Both the position numbers and the translations under genes were made by a program. DNA of 64,000 nt from a virus: positions 33,730 through 97,729 of IMG/VR virus record IMGVR_UViG_3300033153_016044; one strand, given 5' to 3'. Below, piece by piece: positions 51,547 through 58,733 of this stretch. Each line of letters starts with the position of its first letter. Position 1 is the stretch's first letter. The notes under the pieces are model-generated. The model searched no databases and was not told where the DNA came from. It saw nothing but the letters and a program-made list of their open reading frames with translations.

Positions 51547-51743
51547 TCTATTACTCGCCTTTCGGAAAAGTTCTCTGACATAGTTTTAAGGAAGTCTTTA
51601 AGAATCTCCCCTTCCGTCCTGCCTCTTGTTGCACCGCAGGGGAACTTCCACTGCTTATTATTGACATAGAGTTCATAACCCTTATCATCCCCGGCTCTGG
51701 CTCCTCTATAGCAAACCTCAACTATCTCTATATTCTCAAACAT
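51543..51743 (-). CDS. small hypothetical protein (MFENIE...)
   Basis: TAATG coupling to the RNR stop. Confidence 0.55.
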   Translation of the reverse strand: MFENIEIVEVCYRGARAGDDKGYELYVNNKQWKFPCGATRGRTEGEILKDFLKTMSENFSERRVIE

Positions 51744-53848
51744 TATATTGCACAAGCATCATTAGTACAGAACTTAGACCCGGCAATCTCTGCTTCATCC
51801 GCGCCTTTAAAATTAAGTGGCAGCAAGCTACCGCTGTATTCTTCGAATGTCTCCGCATCCATCTCTTGATACGGTGCCTGGTCATAACTATGATTCGTGA
51901 GCGGTAGGAACGATAGAGTCTTAACATACGGAGCATAGAACTCTATGGCGCGTTCAAGGTCTGCCTTTTCTGATTCACGAACCGTGACAGTACAGCTAAC
52001 GCTATTATCGCTCCAATAGTATTGGAGTTCTCTCACTAAAGCGAGCTGTTCCCAAATACTCACGTCAAATTTGCTCTTTGTAAAATTCGCCTCTTTGACG
52101 GGGAAGTATACTACCGCTGTTCCACCCGCCTTTTTAAACTTGTTAAAGATGAACTCGTTCTGCCTGACATCACGAAAGTTAGCTTTAATCCAGTCTCGTT
52201 TCTCTTGCTCTGTAGTGTCGATTTCTAAATGGCCAGCGTGAGTTAGGAGGTCAACCAGCATGTCCAAGTCTCTGCCGTTCAAGTTATATTCAACCTGGTA
52301 GCCCGCAGCTATGAGCCTGTCCATCATGCGATTGGTAGCTGGGACTCGGACGGACCTTAAGTAATGCTCACTATGTGTGCAGTGCACGCCTGGTGTGGCT
52401 CCTGCAAGCAAACTCACGGTTCCTGAAGGTTTTACTGTGGTCATCTTTATTGAGCGAGGAACGCCTAGCCAACGACTGTAGATGCGGTCTAGTGAACCTA
52501 TGACTTTGTAGCCTTTGTCGCAGAAGTCCCTTAGATAGTTCTGAAGACCAAACTTTTTTATTGCCTGCTGGATGCCCGACATTGAGCAACCGATACGGCG
52601 GTTACGCATCATGACGGAATTAGTGCGCTCATCATGGGTTGGGATTAGGGTGACTGTCTTTGCATACAGGTAGGCGAACTTCAATGTTCTATAGTAGTCC
52701 TCTGCACTATCATGATTAGCCGGGTAGGTTTCCACTAAACAGCACAGTTCTTTGTCCTCCAGAGACTGTTCAGCACAAGGATTAAACCCATCGACATTAT
52801 CATAGGAGTCGCTCTCAAAGCCATGGTACCCATCCTTGTATCTTCCGTAATGACGCGCATTGTCCAGAAAAATGAGTCCTGGTTCTCCGTTAGCAGCAAT
52901 ATTGGGAGTAACACCACCAAAGCTGCTGAAGCGGCTAGCAAACACGCTATTATTAGAAGCCCATCTACGGTCAGCCATTTCTTTGCCATACTTTTTTCCA
53001 TCCTTCATCGTGACGTAATTGATATCATCTATCTCGCCGATTGCCAGCTCTGCCGACCTACGAACGTTGCCTGCGACCACGCACTTGCCAATAAAGTTCA
53101 TCAGGTCCACTATGGCTACGCTGGTTATCTTAAGACCCACGAGAGGGGCTAGGATATAGTCTACGGCTGCGTGTAGTTCACGTAGTGGTTCAGGGCCGGA
53201 GGCTGTGCCCCCGAATCCCTTAATTGGTGTGCCGCGCTTGCGGATTAGCTTGTAGCCATATTCCATAGTCGGACCACCCATATACGAATTAATCCTTAGA
53301 TAGACAGACTCAACCCAGCCTTCACGACTGTCAGGAATTTCATAGAACTCTACCTTGTCCTTGGGCTTCTTAATTGTAACGCGACCTGCACCTTTAGTGT
53401 CGAACCCGATGCCAACGCCGAGCATAAGCATGTCCATGGCCCAAGCGAACGAATTAGCGAGGTCTACCGCAACATCCTTCGTAGATGTAAAGCCACAGTT
53501 GTTTAGGGCTGCTGAACCAACCTTGTCCACCATGGGCGTACCCATAATCCAGAAGCCGCGACCAGGCGGGGTGAACTTAAACTCCCACATGCGCGTGAAG
53601 AACTCCTGTGCGCTCTTCTGTGCCTTATATGCGTTCCAGGGCAATCTGTTGGAACTACAGTGAGACTTCTGTGCACTGAATACTCCTTCTGTTACTCGCT
53701 TACATGTATCATAGTATTCTTCTTGGGTTTCATCCGTTTTTATGCGCGCGTAGGTGCGCTTAAAGACGAAGTACGATAGGTCACCGAATCCCCATTCAGG
53801 TTGCTTGTTTTCATACTTAGTTAGAAAGAGAGGAGAGAGCTTGAACAT
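51743..53848 (-). CDS. nrdJ: class II (adenosylcobalamin-dependent) ribonucleotide reductase, monomeric RTPR-like
   Basis: FTPPGRG, LNNC, VVAGNVRRSA, NPCAEQ..LCCLVE, TTVKPSGTVS, C-terminal C-x4-C; no R2 gene nearby. Confidence 0.9.
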   Translation of the reverse strand: MFKLSPLFLTKYENKQPEWGFGDLSYFVFKRTYARIKTDETQEEYYDTCKRVTEGVFSAQKSHCSSNRLPWNAYKAQKSAQEFFTRMWEFKFTPPGRGFWIMGTPMVDKVGSAALNNCGFTSTKDVAVDLANSFAWAMDMLMLGVGIGFDTKGAGRVTIKKPKDKVEFYEIPDSREGWVESVYLRINSYMGGPTMEYGYKLIRKRGTPIKGFGGTASGPEPLRELHAAVDYILAPLVGLKITSVAIVDLMNFIGKCVVAGNVRRSAELAIGEIDDINYVTMKDGKKYGKEMADRRWASNNSVFASRFSSFGGVTPNIAANGEPGLIFLDNARHYGRYKDGYHGFESDSYDNVDGFNPCAEQSLEDKELCCLVETYPANHDSAEDYYRTLKFAYLYAKTVTLIPTHDERTNSVMMRNRRIGCSMSGIQQAIKKFGLQNYLRDFCDKGYKVIGSLDRIYSRWLGVPRSIKMTTVKPSGTVSLLAGATPGVHCTHSEHYLRSVRVPATNRMMDRLIAAGYQVEYNLNGRDLDMLVDLLTHAGHLEIDTTEQEKRDWIKANFRDVRQNEFIFNKFKKAGGTAVVYFPVKEANFTKSKFDVSIWEQLALVRELQYYWSDNSVSCTVTVRESEKADLERAIEFYAPYVKTLSFLPLTNHSYDQAPYQEMDAETFEEYSGSLLPLNFKGADEAEIAGSKFCTNDACAI

Positions 53849-53880
53849 GGGTTAATCCTCCATGGATGAGTGTGTATACG

Positions 53881-53920
53881 AAAATAGCCCCACCCGATTG
53901 CTAGGTAGGGGCTGATTTTA
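53881..53920. terminator. possibly bidirectional terminator
   Basis: AAAATAGCCCC-ACC..GGT-AGGGGCTGATTTT. Confidence 0.7.
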
Positions 53921-53928
53921 TTTGGGGT

Positions 53929-54294
53929 TTAAAACATGCCGCCAATAAAGTTATCCATCTCATCTGGTGTTAGACGACGGATACCTGCATCTTGCAGATG
54001 TTCTAAGAACGTGAGGGGTTTATCAATGATACCATACTCGACATCATCTGTTCCCATCGTTGTTTCTGTGAATAGCGCATGAGCAGTGCACATGATTACC
54101 AAAAGTGCTTCTCCTGGTTCATCTGTAAGTGCATACCACATGGCGTCACCATTGCGCTTCGCACGAATAGCAGGGCCAATATCGTAGTCAATAAAGTCAC
54201 TAATATCTTTAATGCAAGCTGCAAGTACAGCAGTCTCCTGACTAATCCATTCTGGTCTATCACTCTGCCAGTCTGAGAATTGTTCTGGTGTCAT
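53929..54294 (-). CDS. hypothetical protein (MTPEQFS...)
   Basis: AGGAG RBS before ATG at 54294. Confidence 0.65.
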   Translation of the reverse strand: MTPEQFSDWQSDRPEWISQETAVLAACIKDISDFIDYDIGPAIRAKRNGDAMWYALTDEPGEALLVIMCTAHALFTETTMGTDDVEYGIIDKPLTFLEHLQDAGIRRLTPDEMDNFIGGMF

Positions 54295-54311
54295 GTGCGG
54301 TACTCCTGTTG

Positions 54312-54325
54312 CATAATTATACACC
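54312..54325 (-). promoter_or_regulatory. putative promoter GGTGTATAATTATG
   Basis: Motif copy; first leftward promoter at the divergence point. Confidence 0.65.
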
Positions 54326-54518
54326 GCACTTCTCACGGCTTCTGTCTATGTAGAGTATAGATTTTAAGGCGTGTCTATTAAGGACTTAAGAAGAACGTAA
54401 AGTCAATGGCGGCCTAGTTATGCTTGAACATTATTACTTTGCTGATTATTTTTCTCTGGACCACCCCGGCGCTTCGCTAACTCCCGCAATCCCAGGGATT
54501 TGAAAAAGCCCCGGGGTC

Positions 54519-54548
54519 TTGCTTTTGTCTTGCTGGACGGAGTAGAAT
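54519..54548 (+). promoter_or_regulatory. sigma70-type promoter TTGCTT-N18-TAGAAT
   Basis: Upstream of the GGAGG RBS and ATG 54567. Confidence 0.55.
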
Positions 54549-54566
54549 TCGGGAAGCCACGGAGGC

Positions 54567-54833
54567 ATGACAGTGACGAACGACAGCGCAACCCAGACCA
54601 GCGTTAAGAACTATGACCTATGCCCAGACTGTCTATGTCTGACTGTCGAATGCCCCTGTGCGTACCTTGAGTCGCACGTTGACACAATTCCAAAGACTAT
54701 GCGACTCCGTGCTATTCAGTCCGCCGAACTAGACTCCCCAAACACTACCGCACAGCGTATACTGTGCGTTCTAGCAGGCTGCTACGTTGGCATTCTGCAT
54801 GTTCTCGCCATTGCCTTTCTTCTTTCCCGCTAA
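54567..54833 (+). CDS. hypothetical protein with CPDC-x-C..CPC cluster and C-terminal TM helix
   Basis: GGAGG RBS; translation. Confidence 0.6.
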   Translation: MTVTNDSATQTSVKNYDLCPDCLCLTVECPCAYLESHVDTIPKTMRLRAIQSAELDSPNTTAQRILCVLAGCYVGILHVLAIAFLLSR

Positions 54834-54845
54834 CAGGAGTATCCC

Positions 54846-55448
54846 ATGTCCACGTTCAAAATGACCCTAGACCTTTTCACCGCTTGTGCTGCTGCCATTG
54901 CGGCCGGTAGCACGCTGGCAAAGCACGCCGCTAACGTCGCTTCCTGTGGTGTCACTGACGCCAAGACGTTCTCTCTCGCCTACGCTACCTTCGCTTCCGA
55001 GCAAGCGGAGACGCTTTCGTACACCGCCATTCAGCACGCCTGCAACAAGGCAAGCAAGCCAGCCAAGGCAAGCAAGACGTTGGCTCTGCTCGCGTCTATT
55101 GACGTTCACAACAAGGCGCACAGCGACAGTGCTCCCGTTGTCTTGGCTCTGTCTCTGTCAGAAGACGGCGCAAGATACAGCCTATGCCTGACTGTTGGCG
55201 CTAAGGCTCGTAAGGCTCGCAAGCGTAGCACGGGCGGAACTGTCTCCGCTGGCAGCCATATTGCAGCGCCTACCATTGCAAAGAACTGCCACGAAGAGGA
55301 CGGATACACCTTCACTGGTAGCAGCAAAGAAGACTACGCCATTAACGGCGTGAAGGTTCCCGCTGGCAAGTTCATGCAGACGCTTAAGGATATGGCGCCC
55401 ACCAACGCCGCGACTCACGCCATGCTCACGAAGTACGGCAAACTGTAG
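54846..55448 (+). CDS. Ala/Lys-rich early protein, paralog of 57730..58428 (putative DNA-binding)
   Basis: AGGAG RBS; KARKARKRSTGG linker. Confidence 0.75.
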   Translation: MSTFKMTLDLFTACAAAIAAGSTLAKHAANVASCGVTDAKTFSLAYATFASEQAETLSYTAIQHACNKASKPAKASKTLALLASIDVHNKAHSDSAPVVLALSLSEDGARYSLCLTVGAKARKARKRSTGGTVSAGSHIAAPTIAKNCHEEDGYTFTGSSKEDYAINGVKVPAGKFMQTLKDMAPTNAATHAMLTKYGKL

Positions 55449-55454
55449 GATACA

Positions 55455-55482
55455 GGGAGGGGGGGGATAGCCCCCCCCCTCC
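55455..55482 (+). terminator. G/C hairpin after gene, no U-tract
   Basis: GGAGGGGGGGG-ATAG-CCCCCCCCTCC. Confidence 0.55.
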
Positions 55483-55500
55483 GCCTGTGCTGCCTGTGCT

Positions 55501-55607
55501 GCCGCTGTTCAAGCGGAGGTAGCACGCTAGTGTGGGTGCGCGAAGCGCACCATTACAGTCCGGCGGGACCTCCGCATCCTGGGAAGGTTTTACATTACTG
55601 TGACACT
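55501..55607 (+). repeat. structured intergenic element, copy A (GTTCAA-N10-CAC, hairpin, TCCGGCGGGAC) including a 44-bp direct repeat shared with copy B
   Basis: 55564-55607 equals 57457-57500 with 2 mismatches. Confidence 0.8.
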
Positions 55608-55631
55608 CACGTGCGTGTGATATGTTATACT
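55588..55631 (+). promoter_or_regulatory. activator-type promoter, TTACA-N4-TGTGA box plus TGn-TATACT
   Basis: Copy 1 of 5. Confidence 0.7.
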
Positions 55632-55653
55632 ATCGTATCAAGGAGACAAGAGA

Positions 55654-55854
55654 ATGATGTATCTATATGCTACTGATAGTGTCTGCTGTACGGCAGCTAT
55701 CGTTGTCAACATCACACAGGGTAATACTGTGTGCTCCAAGTGTCATCAGTTCAACCCTGATACCAAGCGTCGTCTTACCATCACCATCAAGCCCAGCAAT
55801 ATCCGTATGATGTCCAAGTCGTGCAAGCCAAGCAAACACCCCAGAGGAGAGTAG
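55654..55854 (+). CDS. small Cys-containing hypothetical protein
   Basis: AAGGAG RBS; CC...CSKC. Confidence 0.6.
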   Translation: MMYLYATDSVCCTAAIVVNITQGNTVCSKCHQFNPDTKRRLTITIKPSNIRMMSKSCKPSKHPRGE

Positions 55855-55857
55855 AGC

Positions 55858-56112
55858 GTGAACATCACAGTAACTAAACACATCATCAAAGTAAGTGACC
55901 TAGTCACTTGTATCGTATGGCAGGATGATACGTCCATGATACTCAGGGTACATTTCCTTGCTGATGATGGCAAGGGATGTCCTGTAAGCACAGAGATGAC
56001 CTGCTCATCACTTGCTGCTCTGCCACCATTCAACGTGACAGAAGAAGAACATCTCAATCTCATGAATAACTGGTCATCACAACAAGACGTTCAACCCAAT
56101 CCAACCGCCTAG
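55858..56112 (+). CDS. hypothetical protein
   Basis: GAGGAG RBS, GTG start. Confidence 0.6.
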   Translation: MNITVTKHIIKVSDLVTCIVWQDDTSMILRVHFLADDGKGCPVSTEMTCSSLAALPPFNVTEEEHLNLMNNWSSQQDVQPNPTA

Positions 56113-56122
56113 GAGACACGAT

Positions 56123-56461
56123 ATGACACCGGCAGAAGCGTACGACAAAGTGATGAGCCTGGCGAGATGGGGCACTAAGCCAAAGAGTGTCCCCCAGACG
56201 CAAGACGCATCAAAGGGTATGTTGGCTCTGGCTGATTTGCTCAGGACCCAAGAGCCCGACATCTTCGATTTCATCATGGGGCTTGATGGCAACCCCCGTA
56301 TCCACAGCCTGTCCATCGGGTACGACGACAACATCACGTTCATGGTCGAGACGGGATTCGGGATGAAGGCGAACGACAAGATTCAGTCCCTCTGCTCGAA
56401 TCAGGGCTACGTGGAGGTCGCCTTCGAAGATGGCGCAGACATCGTGACGTGGTGGGCGTAG
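56123..56461 (+). CDS. hypothetical protein
   Basis: AGGAG RBS. Confidence 0.7.
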   Translation: MTPAEAYDKVMSLARWGTKPKSVPQTQDASKGMLALADLLRTQEPDIFDFIMGLDGNPRIHSLSIGYDDNITFMVETGFGMKANDKIQSLCSNQGYVEVAFEDGADIVTWWA

Positions 56462-56550
56462 TGACCATCTTCTTATTCTTAATCGGAGTGTTTCTACTGG
56501 TCATCACTCCCGCCGTTCTTTACTATCTCGCAAGCAACAACAAAGCCTAG
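56461..56550 (+). CDS. 29-aa single-TM peptide MTIFLFLIGVFLLVITPAVLYYLASNNKA
   Basis: TAGTG coupling; fills the gap up to the next RBS; not in the ORF track. Confidence 0.55.
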   Translation: MTIFLFLIGVFLLVITPAVLYYLASNNKA

Positions 56551-56559
56551 GAGGCTATC

Positions 56560-56985
56560 ATGAACAGAAGACCCACTCCGATACCAACAGCCCGACGATT
56601 CGAAGATAACAAGAGTAGGCATACTCGATACTGCAACGAGTTCGATTGCGGCAAGCCCACGAATAATAGCAAGCCTTTCTGCCAAATCCACGTCGAGTCC
56701 AATCCCTACGTCAAAGGAATTCGCATCGTCATCAATGAAAGGATAAAAGAGATTGAGATGGTCAATAAAAGAGGAAGGTTCTCCATCAACATCGAGGGAA
56801 GCATCGCCAAAGATATAATCCAACTTCTCACTATCTACGGCGAGTGCACCATCAACCGACTTGCAAGAGACATGAATCTCGACCTGTTCATCGCCAAGCA
56901 GTACGTGATTAAACTCAAGCGGAAACGATATGTGATGTTCAGAAAGACGACTCGTGGAACCCTCGTGATTCAGGCAGCGGCATAA
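56560..56985 (+). CDS. zinc finger (C-x3-C..C-x2-H) plus winged-HTH regulator
   Basis: AGGAGG RBS; CTINRLARDMNLDLFIAKQYVIKLKRKRYV wHTH. Confidence 0.7.
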   Translation: MNRRPTPIPTARRFEDNKSRHTRYCNEFDCGKPTNNSKPFCQIHVESNPYVKGIRIVINERIKEIEMVNKRGRFSINIEGSIAKDIIQLLTIYGECTINRLARDMNLDLFIAKQYVIKLKRKRYVMFRKTTRGTLVIQAAA

Positions 56986-57380
56986 TGGATATGGAAAAGT
57001 TCGAGGCTGATTGTGTCGCCGCCGATGCTCGACTCGAAGCGCATCGCGCCCGAGACAAATCAAAAGACGATTGGCCAGACCTAGACAAGAAATGCATCAT
57101 TGAACTCTGCGCCAAGCTGCTCAATCGGACGTACTCCGATGGATACGCCGCCGAAAAGGCGAGACTCAGCAAACACGCTCATCTCCAGACGATTGCACGT
57201 TACGCCACTGTCGCCGCCTTGTGCGCCATTGGTGTCGCCAATCATGACTGGGATGATGTCCAGAACGCCATCGGTTCTTTGGTCACCGTGAGCGGCGCCC
57301 CTGATTGGCGCTGGGCTCGTCATCAGAGACAGATACTCTATTCCCTGCGTCCCAGCAACATCTCCCCAAGTCGATACTAG
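56985..57380 (+). CDS. hypothetical protein
   Basis: TAATG coupling. Confidence 0.65.
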   Translation: MDMEKFEADCVAADARLEAHRARDKSKDDWPDLDKKCIIELCAKLLNRTYSDGYAAEKARLSKHAHLQTIARYATVAALCAIGVANHDWDDVQNAIGSLVTVSGAPDWRWARHQRQILYSLRPSNISPSRY

Positions 57381-57390
57381 GGTATCAGGT

Positions 57391-57500
57391 CAGGCTCCGG
57401 TGTTCAACCGGAGCCTGCACCGTGTTGGTGTTGGCTACGCCAACCTTGCTCTCCGACGGGACCTCCGCAACCTGGGAAGGTTTTACATTTCTGTGACACT
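57391..57500 (+). repeat. structured intergenic element, copy B
   Basis: CAGGCTCCGGT-GTTCA-ACCGGAGCCTG-CAC, GTTGGC-TAC-GCCAAC, TCCGACGGGAC. Confidence 0.8.
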
Positions 57501-57643
57501 TCGCCGTTTTATTATGGTTACGTTCGCCATTTTCCTTTTACATTTCCGTGACACTTCACCCCTGGGGTCGGGTATAATCCCCCAAAAAAAATTCTGAGAC
57601 GGTACACTTCTGTGACAATTCTCCGGATTGGAATCGTTACGCT
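57481..57643 (+). promoter_or_regulatory. three tandem activator-type promoters (boxes at 57481, 57536, 57603; -10 TACGTT, TATAAT, TACGCT)
   Basis: TACA-N4-YGTGACA followed 19-20 nt later by TAnnnT in each copy. Confidence 0.7.
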
Positions 57644-57729
57644 AGACGGGCGTCGCCTCGCAAGCGGGGGCGGCGCGCGTCGCCAGGTATCCACTGGGGC
57701 GCTGATACGCTTGAAAAGGGATTTTCAAA

Positions 57730-58428
57730 ATGGCTAAATTTTCTGATATGTTTGCTGTGGCGACTGAGGAGTTCAACAAAGGTGATACGAAGGGATTCGC
57801 GGCCTACGCCGATATGGTGGCCAAGGTCACCGGCTCGACTGCTGAGGATTTCCTCGCGGCCTTCACTCTCCATCGCGCCAAGGCGGCGCAGGAGTCTTCA
57901 ATCACGGCAATCAACGAGTTCGCCGCAACCCGAACCGTCACCAAAACGGTGATGGCTCTCCTCAACAAGTGCCACGACCACGTCAAGGCTTTCACTATCG
58001 CCGAAGTCAAGGATTCGGAAGACAAGGTTACGACACCGGGATACAAGCCCAAGCTGACCGTCGTGATTGAGTACACCCCCAGCACCGGCGAGGGGAACGA
58101 TATGGTCGCCGCAAAGGCGGCCTTCAAGGTGATTGCTGGCAAGGTCAGCACGCGCAGCGGAGGCGGCAAAGGCGGCACGAAGAAAGGGCGTATCAGCCTG
58201 ATGAACGCCTACAAGTGGGTAAACAAGAACATCGATGGTGGCGAGCGATTCAAGCTAGAGGCAGCCGACGATGGTGGCACCCGCTACTGGCCCGCTGGGG
58301 ATACCGGCGCTGGTCGATACATTCCTAATAAGGGATTGACCAAGTTCCTCCTCGCTGTCGAGAACGATTGCGAGACTCTGAATCACGCACGGTCCTACGA
58401 TGGGATGACCTCGCTTCGCAAGGAATAG
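57730..58428 (+). CDS. early basic protein, paralog of 54846..55448
   Basis: 232 aa; STRSGGGKGGTKKGR linker. Confidence 0.75.
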   Translation: MAKFSDMFAVATEEFNKGDTKGFAAYADMVAKVTGSTAEDFLAAFTLHRAKAAQESSITAINEFAATRTVTKTVMALLNKCHDHVKAFTIAEVKDSEDKVTTPGYKPKLTVVIEYTPSTGEGNDMVAAKAAFKVIAGKVSTRSGGGKGGTKKGRISLMNAYKWVNKNIDGGERFKLEAADDGGTRYWPAGDTGAGRYIPNKGLTKFLLAVENDCETLNHARSYDGMTSLRKE

Positions 58429-58435
58429 GGGATAC

Positions 58436-58466
58436 GGGGGCGGGGGCCGATACGGCCCCCGCCCCC
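58436..58466 (+). terminator. G/C hairpin after gene
   Basis: GGGGGCGGGGGCCG-ATA-CGGCCCCCGCCCCC. Confidence 0.6.
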
Positions 58467-58489
58467 AGCCTTGATTGATATGATAGAGC

Positions 58490-58553
58490 GTGCGGGCGTT
58501 CAACCGTATCACACCTGCCACTGACCCGCAAAGCCGGGTCAGTCCGATGGGAC
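58490..58553 (+). repeat. structured intergenic element, copy C
   Basis: GTTCAA..CAC, ACTGACCCG-CAAAGC-CGGGTCAGT, TCCGATGGGAC. Confidence 0.65.
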
Positions 58554-58642
58554 GGCTGGATACGGGGAATCCATGGACGATGGAGATATATCAAAAATCG
58601 CGATATGATATTATCAATCCATTATTAACATCTATCAAAACA

Positions 58643-58686
58643 TTTTACACTTCTGTGACACTTCCCCCTCAAGATAGTGTTACAAT
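58643..58686 (+). promoter_or_regulatory. activator-type promoter, copy 5 (TGn-TACAAT)
   Basis: TTTTACACTTCTGTGACA-N20-TACAAT. Confidence 0.7.
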
Positions 58687-58733
58687 CGTGATGCGGGAAT
58701 TCCCCGCTCTAATCCGAAAGGCAAGGCGATACG

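Noticed and set aside
52121-52285. Intein in nrdJ
   Set aside because: Too short, with no Cys/Ser start and no His-Asn end
356-54276. Plus-strand ORFs antisense to the structural module (e.g. 11564..12382, 28794..29612, 40875..41705)
   Set aside because: Shadow ORFs of long minus-strand genes with Ser/Ala-biased translations and no recognisable motifs
55559-55590. HDV-like or hammerhead ribozyme in the repeated element
   Set aside because: ACCTCC lacks its P3 partner and no CUGAnGA/GAAA core was found; only an experiment could revive this
57481-57621. Mini CRISPR array (22-bp repeats with 33- and 45-nt spacers)
   Set aside because: Repeats are degenerate, spacers are unequal, isolated copies occur at 55588 and 58643, each 'spacer' holds a -10 hexamer at a fixed distance, and there are no cas genes; promoters explain it better
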